64,000 nucleotides of DNA from assembly GCA_963695345.1 (NCBI GenBank), contig OY968769.1, positions 2,432,001 through 2,496,000 of the forward strand. Direction: 5' to 3'. The notes under the pieces are model-generated. The model made no database searches. It saw only the letters and a list, made by a program, of their open reading frames with translations, and had not been told where the DNA came from. This document shows, in pieces, positions 44,610 through 56,301 of the stretch. This stretch comes from an uncultured Methanomassiliicoccales archaeon. Lineage in GTDB: Archaea > Thermoplasmatota > Thermoplasmata > Methanomassiliicoccales > UBA472. The position numbers and the translations under genes are program-made. The number at the start of each line of letters is the position of its first letter. Position 1 is the first letter of the stretch.

Positions 44610-44644
44610 ACAGTATGTTTAGATGATCAGCGCACAAAGCTTGT

Positions 44645-44701
44645 CCCGCCCCGCTCAGACATAATCGGTCTAGGGCGGGCCGAGCCCCTTATTCATTTTT
44701 T
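44645..44701 (+). terminator. Hairpin plus T-tract terminator after gdhA
   Basis: cccgccc...gggcggg stem followed by ttcattttttg. Confidence 0.55.
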
Positions 44702-44958
44702 GACAATTTGAACTATGGGGAGATCCCTTTGATCTCGCTGGCCTTCCGTCGATCGGCAGATGATCCGATAGGGCCTCACCGCCAAACCTCATTCGTGTCT
44801 TGACGTTCTGCCTAATGGATCCATCCCCAAACTGGCCAGGTCCATCTTATATGGAATGTGCCCGTCAGCAACCATTGGGATACGATGCCTGCACAAATAT
44901 CAGGACGACATTTTAATAGTCTAGCTAATACTATACACCTAGCCGAGGAGGGTTCACC

Positions 44959-45492
44959 ATGCCAGACATCAGGCAGAAGGTTGAGGAAGACCGGGGGCTG
45001 ATCAAGAAGATCCAGCTGATGGTCCCAGGATATCGCGGATACAGGCTCAGGGACGACCTTAGGGACTCGGACAAGATCCTGAGGGTCGAGCTCGGGAAGC
45101 GACTGGCGCTTCAGCGCAAGGAACTGGAGGAGTTCCGGCAGACGATGGTCACGAACAATCCCATGTCGAAGAACCTTCAGCCGATCGGCGGCATCATCAA
45201 CCAGTACAAGAAGGTCGAGGGCCTGATGGCCCATGGCGAATCGGGATACTCGGGCATCTCGGCGGACATCCGCATCGGCGTACCGGAGCTGAACAGCTCT
45301 ACGAGTACGATGCCGGAATGGTCGAGAGCATCAATTTCATCGAGCAATCCATCGGATTGCTGCGGAGCGGCCGTGGACGACAAGGACGATTTCAAGGTCG
45401 CCGAGCATCTCAAGAACGTCAAGATGCGCATCACCGGTTTCGAGGAGAAGTTCGCCAAGCGCATCTCCACCATCCAGGGAATAGGAGTGTGA
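44959..45492 (+). CDS. Conserved helical hypothetical protein, first gene of the SPFH cluster (local frameshifts)
   Basis: IQLMVPGYRGY..RDDLRDSD..LR...GYSG; the alternative frame gives LYEYDAGM. Confidence 0.7.
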   Translation: MPDIRQKVEEDRGLIKKIQLMVPGYRGYRLRDDLRDSDKILRVELGKRLALQRKELEEFRQTMVTNNPMSKNLQPIGGIINQYKKVEGLMAHGESGYSGISADIRIGVPELNSSTSTMPEWSRASISSSNPSDCCGAAVDDKDDFKVAEHLKNVKMRITGFEEKFAKRISTIQGIGV

Positions 45493-45498
45493 TTCTGA

Positions 45499-46622
45499 AT
45501 GAGCTTAATCGGCGCGGACACCTTCAAGTGGGAGGACCAGGACAAGCGTCTCAACATCATGTTCCGCATGAACCGGAACATCAAGTATGGCGACAACGTC
45601 GTGGTCCGGGAGGACGAGATCGCCGCGTTCTACCGGGACGGAAAGGTCCTGACCTACATGGACCGGCCGGACCGGTACGCGCTCACCGACCTGAACGCCC
45701 CCATCGTGGGCAAGCTGGTCAAGGCCTTGTCCGGTGCGCAGCAGCAGGCCGAGGTCATCTACCTGCAGAAACGCGCCTTCGACGGCAAGTTCGGCTCCAA
45801 GCAGCCGTTCCAGTTCCGGGACAAGGAGTTCGGGATGGTCAACCTCCGGGTGTTCGGCGAGTTCCGTTACAAGGTCTCGAACCCGGAGAACTTCGTGAAC
45901 CAGTTCGTCGGTACGCTCAACTTCGCCACCAGCGCCGAGATCGAGGAGCGCATCAAGGAGCAGATGGTGCTCCTGATCTACTCCGCCATCGGCGACATGA
46001 AGAACCAGGGCATGGGAGTGGCGGATCTGGCCAGCAGCCTGACGAACATCGAGCAGGTGGTCCTGTCCAAGACCAACGACCATTTCGACCTCTACGGCGT
46101 CGGCATCGACAAGATATCTGGACTGTACATCTCCCTGCCGGATGAGGTGCAGAAGGCGGTGGACACCCGGGCATCCATGCAGATAACCGGCACCAACTAT
46201 GCCCAGTACCAGAGCGGACAGGCCATGCGGGAGGCGGCCTCGAACCCCGCGGGAGGGGCGGCCGCGGCCGGTGTCGGCGTCGGCGCCGGTATCGGCATGG
46301 GCTACACCATGGTCGATTCGATGAGGAGCGCACAGCAGCAGCCCGCACCGGGAGCGGCAGCCGCCGGCACCGCAGCAGGTCCTGCTCTGCCCCAAGTGCG
46401 GGGCAACGAACAACGTCGGTGCGAAGTTCTGCAACTCATGCGGAACGAAGCTCACGGTCGAGACGGTCCCCTGCCCCAAGTGCGGCAGCAATGTGAACAT
46501 CGATGCCAAGTTCTGCCCCGAGTGCGGCAACGCGATGAAGGCAACCAAGAAGTGCCCCAAGTGCGGCACCGAATCCGCCGCGAACGGCAAAGTTCTGCCC
46601 CGAGTGCGGAACCACCTTCTGA
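45499..46622 (+). CDS. SPFH/Band-7 (YdjI-like) protein with C-terminal zinc ribbons
   Basis: VVREDEIAAFYRDGK, FRDKEFGMVNLRVFGEF, GAAAAGVGVGAGIGMG. After a shift near 46380 come three CPKCG..KFCxxCG ribbons. Confidence 0.85.
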
Positions 46623-46632
46623 GGGCGTACTG

Positions 46633-47382
46633 ATGGCCACCATCAAATGCCCCAAGTGCGCGGCACCGGTGGAGTTCGACGCCAAGGACAAGTTCGTCCA
46701 GTGCACCTACTGCGGTTCGTTGATCTATATCGACCGGAGCGGGGCCGGGTTCTACTACGCGGTCCCGTTCATGATCGACCAGAACAACGCCATCGGCACG
46801 TTCCGGCGATGGGCCAGCGGACCCACCAAGGCCAAGGACCTGGACAAGTCGGCGCAGGTGGTGGGAGCGAAGAAGGAGTATTTCCCGGTGTATCTGTTCA
46901 AGCGTGACGTCGACGGCGTCGAGCAGGTGCTGGTGGAACCGGCCGGATCGACGACGCTGCCCGGGCTGCACAGCCTCAAGGTCCCGGCAGGCGACATGAA
47001 GGTGTTCGACAGCACCTTCGACACTGGAGGGGCCGAGATGATCAAGCCGGACATCGAGATGACCTCCTACCTGGGCACACTGCCCGGGAAGCCGAAGGAG
47101 CAGGCCCTGGTCTACTTCCCCATATGGACGATAGACTATGTCTTCGAGCAGAAACGGTACAGCGTGGTGGTCAGTGCCACCTCCGGCGAGGTGTTCGCCG
47201 CCGAGTTCCCCACCCGGAGCTCCGCCTCGTACCTGCTGGTGGCCATCGTCGGTTTCGTGGCCTTCTTGGCCGAGGGATTCCTGGCCTCTAGGACCGGCAT
47301 GTTCGGATTGGCCGTGATCATGATGCTGGTGACAGTTCTGGCGGTGTTCGGGATCGCTTATTACGTGGCAAAGAGGATGTGA
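46633..47382 (+). CDS. Zinc-ribbon membrane protein
   Basis: CPKCAA..CTYCGS; YFPVY...VYFPIW..Y...ATSGEV; 2 C-terminal TM helices. Confidence 0.78.
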   Translation: MATIKCPKCAAPVEFDAKDKFVQCTYCGSLIYIDRSGAGFYYAVPFMIDQNNAIGTFRRWASGPTKAKDLDKSAQVVGAKKEYFPVYLFKRDVDGVEQVLVEPAGSTTLPGLHSLKVPAGDMKVFDSTFDTGGAEMIKPDIEMTSYLGTLPGKPKEQALVYFPIWTIDYVFEQKRYSVVVSATSGEVFAAEFPTRSSASYLLVAIVGFVAFLAEGFLASRTGMFGLAVIMMLVTVLAVFGIAYYVAKRM

Positions 47383-47384
47383 AC

Positions 47385-48399
47385 ATGGGCATCGAGGTAG
47401 GTCTAAACTGTCCCGCGTGCGGCGGTGCCATCAAGGTCGTCGAAGGTGAGAACACCGTCAACTGCCAGTATTGCGGTTCGATGCTCTTCGTCGAAGGGGA
47501 CGCGGGCGTCACCACGGTCTCCTTCAAGAACATGATCACCCGGGAGGCCGCGGTGACGGCCTCGGCCGACTGGTGGAGGAAGGGATTCAAGGCCCGGGAC
47601 CTGAAGAAGGATCGGACAGGTGACCGAATGCTATCCCATCTACATCCCGTTCTGGAGCACCACGACACGGGTCGCCGGATGGATATGCGGATACGAGGAA
47701 AGGACCCACAGCGACGGCAAGCGCACCTACACCGAACGGATCCCGAAGGAGGAGATGGTGCTGCGCGATTACCGATTCTCGGAGATAGCCTGCGACCCGG
47801 GGGACCTGGGCATCAGGAAGCTGAGGAACATGGACGGGGAAACGACCCTGACCGATTTCCAGATGATCCCGACCTTCGAGTCGACCACCAGCAGGGACGA
47901 TGCGACCGACGCATGCCAAGGAGAGCGCGATGGCGAACGCCCGGTCCGATGCCCACGTGCCTCACATCACGTTCGAGAACGTGCATGTCTTCCCGAAGTC
48001 GATGTCCATGATCTACTATCCGGTCTGGGTGGTCCGCTACACCTACCGCGACAGGATGTACCTGAACACGGTGGACGGCGTCACCGGAACGGTCCTTTCC
48101 GGGAAGGGCTCCCGGGCGATCCGCTGTTCCAGAGCCTGGCGGTGACCGCCGGGACGTCCATCGGGGGCTTGCTGGCGGCAGCCGGAGTCATCGTCGCCAG
48201 CTCTTCGGCGGAGGTGGCGGTCGGATGCTTCATCGTGGGGTTGATCATCATGATCGGGACCTATCTGTTCTTCCGGCACGGTTCGGAGATAACCGAGGGG
48301 GAATTCTCCGACCGGGGGTTCAGGCTCGGCGACCTCAAGGGCGTGGCCTCGCAGCTTTCGCAGGGACGCGTCGGCGGCAACAACTGGGGTGATATCTGA
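47385..48399 (+). CDS. Zinc-ribbon membrane protein (paralogue); frameshifted
   Basis: CPACGG..CQYCGS; IYIPFW...IYYPVWVVRY..VDGVTG; 2 TM helices. Confidence 0.75.
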
Positions 48400-48987
48400 T
48401 GCAGGTGATACAGGTCAAATGCCCCAAGTGCGGGAACCCGATCTATTCGAAACAGAAGGACACCGTGTTCTATCTGCATCAACTGCAACACGATGCACAT
48501 CCGGAACGGCGGGATCCAGGTCTTGGACGTCGAGATCGGGGACTTCAACAAGAGCGCCTCCCAGGACCGGGTGTACGTCCCGTTCTGGCGCATGTACTCC
48601 ACGGTCGTGGTCAACAACTCGCGTTCCGAGGGAGGAGGATTCCATAAGCTGGCAAGTGGTTCAGCGGGGACAGCAATTCCGGAAATATCTTCATCTGGGT
48701 CCCGGCATCGGAAATGGACATCGACCGGTTCAAGGGCATGGCCATGGACTTCACGCTCAACCCGCCGCCGTACAGCACCAGGATGGATTTCGGCCTGGTG
48801 CCGAGGCTGCCCACGGTCATGAAGCGAGGCGGAGGCGATGGAGATGGCCGATTTCGTGGTGGTGACGATCGAGGCGGAGAAGCCGGGCGTCCTGCAATCC
48901 CTGGACTATTCCCTCACCGTGCACGATGCCAAGCTGATCTATCTGCCGTTCGTGAGCACGGAGCGCGGACTGATACCGGCGTTCTGA
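48399..48987 (+). CDS. Zinc-ribbon protein (paralogue, soluble); frameshifted
   Basis: CPKCG..CINC; VYVPFW...LIYLPF. TGATG coupling with the upstream gene. Confidence 0.7.
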
Positions 48988-49073
48988 TCGCCCCACAAAC
49001 CCCACCGACTTCCTTTCCATCGTGGATGAATTAGCAGATAAGTTTGATAACGGCAGACTGTCTACTCCTGGCC

Positions 49074-49665
49074 ATGGCAGAGGGGTCTGGCATCAACAAA
49101 AGGACCATTTACAAGATCGTCGCGGTCGGACGTGATCGTCATAATCCTGCTGTGGACGGTCCTGGCGTACAATGGAATCGTGGGCAAGGACCAGAACGTC
49201 AACTCGAAGCTGTCGGAGATAAAGAACCGATACACCGTGAAGCTCAATGTGCTGCCGGCGATGCTCTCGACCCTGAACAACTACACGATCTACGAGTCCG
49301 GTCTGCTCACGAACATCACTGCGCTGAGGAGCCAATGGATGGCGGAATCAAGCAGCAGGGGCCTCCGCGACCAACCTCTCGAACACCAGCGAACAGCTGG
49401 ACACGACAGCTCAGCCAGATAGTTCTGACCTGGGAGAACTACCCGATCTCAAGGCGGACTCCCTTGTTCAGCCAGTACATGGGTGAGATAGTCAACCAGG
49501 AGGAACAGCTGTCATATTCCAGGACGAACTACAATACGGCGGTGCGGGACTACAACACGGCCATCAAGTCCTTCCCCAACAACCTGCTGGCCGGATCGTT
49601 CGGTTTCGGCGACAAGATCGTATTGGGGCACAGGGATCGACGACGGAACGGCGCTCAACCTGTGA
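49074..49665 (+). CDS. lemA: LemA-family protein; frameshifted
   Basis: N-terminal TM plus YN, YE..LL..IT.LRS, ENYP, R..YN.AV.DYN..IK.FP.NL.A..FGF. Confidence 0.82.
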
Positions 49666-49674
49666 CGGGTCGGG

Positions 49675-50430
49675 ATGAACCGCTCCACGAAGATCGCCGC
49701 CATCGTCGTGTATCGTGGTAATGGCGATTATCTTCTCGATAGGGGCGTACATCATCCTTCAGCCTTCGAACAATGATGATACCAGTTGGGTCCCCGAGCT
49801 CGACTTCCTACGTCACGGATGATACCTACGTTCTCTCGGACACGGACTACTACGACCTTCTTGACTTCTGTGCCGCGGTCGAGCACGAACAATACCTGCC
49901 AGATAGCGGTTTTGATCGTCAACGGCACGAACTACAATGGCGTCCACGTCGGGGTCAATGACCTGGCCGTCAAGGTCTTCGAAAAGAACGGGATCGGCCA
50001 GAAGGGCAAGGACAATGGCGTTCTCTTCGTCCTGTCGACAGCCGACGAGAGCTGGCGGGTGGTCACCGGAAAGGGCGTGGAAGGTATCCTCAGCGGCGCC
50101 AAACTGACGGAACTCCAGAACGCCTACCTTGTACCATACCTCGACACTCCGGGCAATTATTCCACTGGTATCACGCTGTTCGTCTACTCGATCGGACTGG
50201 AGCTGACCGATCACTATATCAATACCGGTCCGGCACCCAGCCCCTACCCGATCGACTTCATCCCCCTGAACGGCTTCGAGCTGGCGATCGCCATTGCCGT
50301 TTTCATCGTACTGATGATAATCACCCGGGGAAGGGCCATACTTTGGATCGGTCTGCTTTTCGGTAGGGGCGGAGGCGGCGGCTTCGGCGGCGGCAGTACC
50401 GGAGGCGGCGGGTCCAAGGGACGTTTCTAG
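49675..50430 (+). CDS. TPM-domain (YgcG-like) membrane protein; frameshifted
   Basis: YVTD...LS, QIAVLIV, GIGQKGKDNGVL, TGKGVEG, Gly-rich tail GGGFGGGSTGGGGSKGRF. Confidence 0.85.
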
Positions 50431-50614
50431 GAAATTAGAAAACGGAGTTGAGAGAGCTTCGGCTAATTTGTTTTCGGATTCCATCGATTTCATTCCTTTT
50501 TTCCGGCGAACGAACGGAGCTGATTATCAGCGTCCAGGCAATCAATATTCCGAAATGGTTTTAAATGGGATGCTCACTTGATGCCCATTCTGTATCGATG
50601 GAGATGGTCGTACT

Positions 50615-51356
50615 ATGAAATCCTGGCAGTTACGGCTCGGTTTGTTATTGGTGTTCCTTTCCGTACTCACATACGTGCATGCATTACCTGCTCTTCAATG
50701 ACCTGCACCATATCCTGATCTATTTCGTCGGGGATATCGCATTTGTATTCATCGAAGTGCTCCTGGTAACATTGATAATTCATTCTCTCTTGGATAGAAG
50801 GGAGAAGGCGAATATTATCGGCAAGATGAGCACGGTGATCGGGGCGTTCTTCAGCGAACTTGGCAGGCCCTTGATCGTCCTACTCATGAAGCATGGAGTG
50901 CGCGAGGAGGCACTGGGTGTCGACCTACGGTTTAACAACAATTGGACCGATAGCGATTATAGAAATGGCGGTCAAAGCATTGTCAGAAAAAGGAAGTATC
51001 ACTCAAGCTTGATGCGACCGACATGGCGGAGATCAAGAAGCTGCTGACCGAGAAACGGGATTTCCTATTGGGCATGATGGAGAACCCGAACCTGCTGGAG
51101 CATGAGAAGTTCACGGAAATGCTGCTGGCCCTGTTCCACGTCCAAGAGGAGCTCATGTTCCGGGGCGACTCGAACGCTCTGCCGAAATCGGACATTGCCC
51201 ATCTGAACAAGGACGTCAACCGTGCTTTTGGATTGATCATCCGGGAATGGATAATGCACATGAGACACCTTCAGAACAACTATTCCTACTTGTTCTCGTT
51301 GGCCACAAGGACGAACCCCTTCGACCCTCGAGGCGGAGGCAATAGTGAAGGAATGA
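50615..51356 (+). CDS. Conserved hypothetical membrane protein; frameshifted
   Basis: GDIAF..IEVLLVTLII..LL..RE, IGAFFSE.G, ENPNLLEHE.FT, EW..HM.HL...Y.YLFSLA.RTNPFD. Confidence 0.7.
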
Positions 51357-51482
51357 GGGTAATCACTTCATGGAGTAGAATGGAAAGACGGATCGCCCTC
51401 CAATCGAATGTTACGATTCAGATGAAGCTCAGGCGAAGGTTAATGAGAGCATTCGCGCCTTAGTCTGGAAAGGGGATCGTAC

Positions 51483-52295
51483 ATGGGAAGGCTCTCAAGA
51501 GGATGGCAGCTCACCAAGTTGAGTTTCAACGTAATCAGAAAGGACAAGGAGATCTTGCTGTTTCCGATCATCTCAGGAATAGCGCTCATCCTGATGGCGG
51601 CATCGTTCTTCGGAACATACTACTTCGCTTTCGGATTCGACAATATCAACACCTACCTGCTGGCGGCATTCTTCATCGCCTTTTACTTCGTGTCTGCCTT
51701 CATTGTCGTCTTTTTCAACGTAGCTCTAGTCTCATGCGCGATGCTCCGCCTGAACGGCGGGGATCCCACCTTCTCGTACGGGATCAAGATGGCGACCTCA
51801 CGCCTGAAGTATATCCTGGAATGGGCACTTCTTTCGGCAACGGTCGGACTGGTGCTGCAGGCGATCAGCTCCAGATCAGGGGTCATCGGAAAGGTCATCA
51901 TCGGGATGATCGGCTTCGCCTGGTCGGTGGCTACTTACTTCGTCGTGCCGATCATCGCGTTCGAGCAGATGGGGCCGTTCAAGGCGATCAAGCGCAGCGC
52001 CTCCATCCTGAAAGGCTCGTGGGGAGAGGCGTTGATATCGAACCTCGGCATAGGACTAATCTTCTTCTTGCTGGCGCTGGTAGGGCTGATTCCCCTGATC
52101 ATCGGGTTCGTCATCGGGGTTTCGTTCGCCATCATCGCCGGTATCGTCATTGCGGTGGTCTACTGGCTTTGCCTGGCGGTTCTGGCATCGGCGGCCAGCG
52201 GGGTATTGTTGACCGCTCTCTACCGTTACGGGACCACCGGGAAGCTGTCGGAGTACTATTCCGAGCAGGTCCTGCAGAATCCCTGGAGACAGTAG
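51483..52295 (+). CDS. Multi-pass membrane protein (DUF6159-like)
   Basis: MGRLSRGW.L.K.S..V...DKE..LFP; TYFVVP....E..GP..AIKRS....K..WGE. Confidence 0.75.
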   Translation: MGRLSRGWQLTKLSFNVIRKDKEILLFPIISGIALILMAASFFGTYYFAFGFDNINTYLLAAFFIAFYFVSAFIVVFFNVALVSCAMLRLNGGDPTFSYGIKMATSRLKYILEWALLSATVGLVLQAISSRSGVIGKVIIGMIGFAWSVATYFVVPIIAFEQMGPFKAIKRSASILKGSWGEALISNLGIGLIFFLLALVGLIPLIIGFVIGVSFAIIAGIVIAVVYWLCLAVLASAASGVLLTALYRYGTTGKLSEYYSEQVLQNPWRQ

Positions 52296-52310
52296 TCCCA
52301 TGACGAGCGA

Positions 52311-52339
52311 GGGGACGGCGTCCCCCTTTACTGTTCTTT
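52311..52339 (+). terminator. Hairpin plus T-rich terminator
   Basis: ggggac-ggc-gtcccc followed by ctttactgttcttt. Confidence 0.5.
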
Positions 52340-52403
52340 GACGATCTAGTCGGCAGGTCCGCCTAGCGACAATTAGTTATCCGACAGTGCGTAATTGCGT
52401 CCT

Positions 52404-52970
52404 ATGACCTCGAACACGTGCCTGTCCTGCGGCAGGGAAATGGCCAAGGACATGATGTTCTGTCCCTACTGTGGTTCCAAGATACAGGCGGAAGGCTCTC
52501 TGGCCGATGCCGGCGAACAGGAGCGGATTGAAGGGGTTATCCCTTTGGCCAAATGGAGGGGGGAAACGGACCAAGGAACATTGTCGACTCTCGTCATCAC
52601 GTCGACCAGTGTCATTATCGCCAAGGTCAAGGAGACAGATTCGGACAAGATAAGAAAGGCCACCGGTTCGCTGTTCATGGGAGGGGCGAATCTGGACCCA
52701 GAGCGCCACAGAAAGAGCCTGGGTGCCTATTCCAGTCGATACCTGACGATGGATCCGGGAACGATTCTGGCTGAATCGTCAAGCAACGAATCGATCAGAA
52801 TAACCGATGTGAAGGCGGTCCGGATTTCTTCCGAGGACGATTCCGAAGGCGATCAGTATTACATACTGGCAATTGAAACGGATCGAGGGATAAGGACGGT
52901 CCAGATCCCGGCAGACAGGGATTCCAGGGATCTGATCATTTCGACCTTCGGCCCTAAGGTACATTGGTGA
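52404..52970 (+). CDS. Zinc-ribbon domain protein
   Basis: CLSCG...FCPYCG N-terminal ribbon and a beta-rich C-terminal domain. Confidence 0.72.
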   Translation: MTSNTCLSCGREMAKDMMFCPYCGSKIQAEGSLADAGEQERIEGVIPLAKWRGETDQGTLSTLVITSTSVIIAKVKETDSDKIRKATGSLFMGGANLDPERHRKSLGAYSSRYLTMDPGTILAESSSNESIRITDVKAVRISSEDDSEGDQYYILAIETDRGIRTVQIPADRDSRDLIISTFGPKVHW

Positions 52971-53095
52971 TGGCGGTCATGCAAACAACCGATTCTACTG
53001 TGCCAGGTGGATTCCGGCAGTAGGGTCGACTCATCAGGTAGCTAAAAGTAGGAATGGAACAGGACAGGATTCCGGACCGATTTCCGAATAGCAGA

Positions 53096-53359
53096 TCAAG
53101 CGTATGTCGAATCCATCATCTCGTCCTTTAAGATGCCCTTCATTTCTGTCACCGTTGGCACCCGACCTTCGAGGATCAGCTTGTTGTTTATGAACAAGGC
53201 GGGGACTCTGGACACCCCCCTCTCCTTGGTATAGATGGCATCATGTATGTTCTTGATGTCCGCTTCTATGTCCATCTCCTGGATCGCAGTCCTGACGACG
53301 ACATCCAGCATTTTGCATTTAGCGCAGGTGGATGTAAAGACCTCGACTTTCAGAATCAT
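53096..53359 (-). CDS. Small redox-active disulfide protein (MTH895/Thioredoxin_3 family)
   Basis: CAKC; GV..VPAL.IN.K...EGRVP. Confidence 0.85.
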   Translation of the reverse strand: MILKVEVFTSTCAKCKMLDVVVRTAIQEMDIEADIKNIHDAIYTKERGVSRVPALFINNKLILEGRVPTVTEMKGILKDEMMDSTYA

Positions 53360-53645
53360 ATTAGACCTCTGGTCGGGACCACAGCGCTGTCAATGGTATT
53401 TGAATATGACCAACTCATTTCACATTCGGGATAAGTAACTGCCATTCCGCATAGGATGTAACTTTTCTCTTTCTTTCTGAGGTTGGATCGGAATCGTGAC
53501 CAACAATTCTTTTCTGCGAGGTTTGGTCTGCTGGAGGGAAGAAACGGATGCGACGAGATCCAATATTTTGAAGCATGTTCACTTTCAAAACACCCCAGGA
53601 AAAATAGATAACTCAATCGGGCGTATTTTTCGTGGGGAATGACAT

Positions 53646-54116
53646 ATGGTGAAACCCAAGTTCGAGGAAAGAAAGGAAGGCGATCTGGCTTACATCGAAT
53701 ACACAGGCAGCTACGATAGTGTGCCCTGGGACGAGCTCATACCGAAGCTCTATGGTTGGGCCAAGGGGCAGAAGGTGATGCCTGGGTTCCACCCGATGGG
53801 CATTTTTTATGACGACCCGAGTCAGGTCCCGGCGGAGAAATGCAAGAGCGAGATAGGGATAACGTTCAAGGGCCCGGGGAAGGAGGCGGATGGAATCAAG
53901 ATCAGGCATATGCCGCCTCAGAAGGTGGTTGCTGTATCGTTCAAGGGTCCGGGGAGCGAGTATCAGCGGACGTATCAAGAATTAGGGAGATGGATCGATG
54001 AGAACGGTCATAAGGTCACCGGCCCCAGCATGGAGATCTACTCGAAAAAGCCGGAGATGATCGACGGCGTCATGATACTCTATTCGAAGATACTCATGCC
54101 GGTCGAGGCGAAATGA
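53646..54116 (+). CDS. GyrI-like small-molecule-binding protein
   Basis: YTGSY, IFYDDP, FKGP..Y...Y..L..WI..NG....GP..EIY. Confidence 0.85.
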   Translation: MVKPKFEERKEGDLAYIEYTGSYDSVPWDELIPKLYGWAKGQKVMPGFHPMGIFYDDPSQVPAEKCKSEIGITFKGPGKEADGIKIRHMPPQKVVAVSFKGPGSEYQRTYQELGRWIDENGHKVTGPSMEIYSKKPEMIDGVMILYSKILMPVEAK

Positions 54117-54165
54117 TATCGGCCGAATCGAAAGCGTGATAACCGCGACCGCCGTTGCCCGTCCA

Positions 54166-54441
54166 ATGGAAACATGGACGGTGCTCGGTCTACTAGCGGG
54201 GATGCTTACCACGGTCGGGTTCATTCCTCAGATCGTCAAGGGGTACCGCACGAAACAGATGAACGACGTATCGTTGACCATGCCGATCCTGCTGAGCGTA
54301 GGGATGGCGTTGTGGTTCTTCTACGGCGTGATCTTGGAAGACGCCCCGATAATGATCTGGAACCTGATAGCGCTGGTCCTGAACTTGACCGTCATTTACC
54401 TTATTCTCAGTTTCCGCCGGAATAACTCCCCCCCAAAATAG
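54166..54441 (+). CDS. SemiSWEET (PQ-loop) transporter
   Basis: LTTVGFIPQIVK.YRTK...DVS, LWFFYG...D.PI..WN; 3 TM helices. Confidence 0.88.
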   Translation: METWTVLGLLAGMLTTVGFIPQIVKGYRTKQMNDVSLTMPILLSVGMALWFFYGVILEDAPIMIWNLIALVLNLTVIYLILSFRRNNSPPK

Positions 54442-54886
54442 TTCGATAAGCGTCCACAGGCTTCTCCGACGCTGGCCGGGATAGCGATGCTCAGACGATT
54501 GTTCAGGGCGGTTTCTCGGCCAAAAAAGAGGGTGTCAGGGCAGGTTGATAACCCAGAGGAGTTGTTAGGGGGTATTATTATTCCGGACCTGACGAAATAT
54601 CTTTCCTTGGAATCGTATAAGATGGTTGTCATCGATAGGGTCGGATAAATCGCTGGTTTATTGCGATTCCAGCGGATATTATTCGCTCTAAGGAATAGGT
54701 AGGGATCCGTCGGTCTCGTAACCGATGATTGTCGAAGTGCCACCCAACTCCAATAATTGCATTGGATTCTATTCCCTGAACATGCCTCATGATCAAATAT
54801 CACCTACGGGAGGACATCGTCAAAATGCCGGTCATTTTGATTCGATTGTCGCCATGATGTTCGGGCCATCGAGGTAGGTCGATCCT

Positions 54887-55369
54887 TCATATGCCGCAGG
54901 TTCGCATCTTGTGTTTTTCGAAGTACCTCTGGTGGTATTCCTCCCCCCTCCAGAATTTCATGGCAGGAACGATCTCGGTGACAATCGGTTTGTCATATTT
55001 CCCCGATTTCTCCAGCCTTTCCTTCGACTCTTCAGCGGCCTTCCTCTGCTCTTCATCGAAGTAGAAAATTATCGATCGATATTGACTGCCCTTGTCTGGA
55101 CCCTGGCGATTCAGCTGGGTGGGGTCGACCATTTCCCAGAACGCATCGAGCAGATCCTTATATGTGACCATCGCCGGATCGTAGGTAAGCTCGACGGTCT
55201 CAGCATGACCGGTCTTTCCGTCGTGGGTATCTTCATACCTGGGATTCGGGAAGTTGCCTCCCTCATAACCGACGGCCGTATCAACGACCCCTCTGATCTT
55301 CCGGAAATCGGCCTCGACATGCCAGAAACATCCACCGGCGAAGGCCGCTTTGCGTAGTTTTTCGTCCAT
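54887..55369 (-). CDS. msrA: Peptide-methionine (S)-S-oxide reductase
   Basis: AGGCFW, TGHAE.V, DPTQLNRQGPD.G.QYRS, EEYHQ.Y, C-terminal Cys. Confidence 0.93.
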   Translation of the reverse strand: MDEKLRKAAFAGGCFWHVEADFRKIRGVVDTAVGYEGGNFPNPRYEDTHDGKTGHAETVELTYDPAMVTYKDLLDAFWEMVDPTQLNRQGPDKGSQYRSIIFYFDEEQRKAAEESKERLEKSGKYDKPIVTEIVPAMKFWRGEEYHQRYFEKHKMRTCGI

Positions 55370-55719
55370 AGCTCAACCTCGACCATATTTGGAGCGGGCA
55401 GTCCATATATTTTCTGGTTGACGTGTCATTTCAGTCATGACCTATTTTCCAGACTGATCATCAATTCCTAGGCTTCTAATCAAGTGTCCCTGTACCAGAG
55501 ACAATGAACCATGAGCGTCCGGAAATCATTGTGAAACATCATTTCTCATCGATATTAAAACACGATTGGCACACCACCCGATGTCTCCTCATCACAGGAC
55601 AGCAAGTTCATGGTCATTGAACCGCGATGTGAACTGCCAAGTTGGTCTACTTGCGGAGATGTAATTCAGACCGACCCGCCTTTATCAAGAGATAATTTTT
55701 TACCAATGAGGGTCAGATA

Positions 55720-56130
55720 ATGCCAATCATGACCGTGAGGAACGAAGGAAATCGGGTGGAATTCTTCGGCGGCAGTGAGGAGATCCAAAGATACTTGGCC
55801 GAACTCAAGAAGATCCATGTCAATATCAGCAGGTTGTCTGGAAATTACATCAATAACATGACCACAGGCGAGAGCGGTCTCGAGGTATCATTTTCTTGCA
55901 AGACCGACGAGGGTGACATCGTGGCGACATATCACGAAGAAACACCATCATGCGCCTCGATCGACGAGGCTGAGGAGATGAGGGTCTTCAAGAAGATGAC
56001 CATCAAGGTTCCGCAGGCGGTCTTCGATCGAGATAAACACAAGGATATCATGGACCTGGCCAAGAAATGGCTTGGCGATGTGGGGGTCTCCGTCGAATTG
56101 ATAGTCACGAATAGTGTCGAGATTGACTGA
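55720..56130 (+). CDS. Hypothetical protein
   Basis: Clean 136-aa ORF with gene-like codon use; no motif recognised. Confidence 0.6.
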   Translation: MPIMTVRNEGNRVEFFGGSEEIQRYLAELKKIHVNISRLSGNYINNMTTGESGLEVSFSCKTDEGDIVATYHEETPSCASIDEAEEMRVFKKMTIKVPQAVFDRDKHKDIMDLAKKWLGDVGVSVELIVTNSVEID

Positions 56131-56301
56131 GCAACCATCTCGACCGCTTATCTTTCATTTTCGCACATCTTCCGGCCCCGATGCTCAATGCGGTATGCGG
56201 TCATTATTATTCATTAAAAAAAGGGAATGGAGGGGCTCGTAATCCTCTGACATGAACCCCTTGGTATGGAAGACCGACGAACGGCATTTCGTTGGTATTC
56301 C

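Noticed and set aside
45499-47382. 627-aa SPFH-membrane protein fusion in the ORF track
   Set aside because: Two indels bridge the SPFH stop (46620-46622) into the next gene starting at 46633.
50365-50415. GGC-rich tandem repeat
   Set aside because: It encodes the normal Gly-rich tail of TPM/YgcG proteins.
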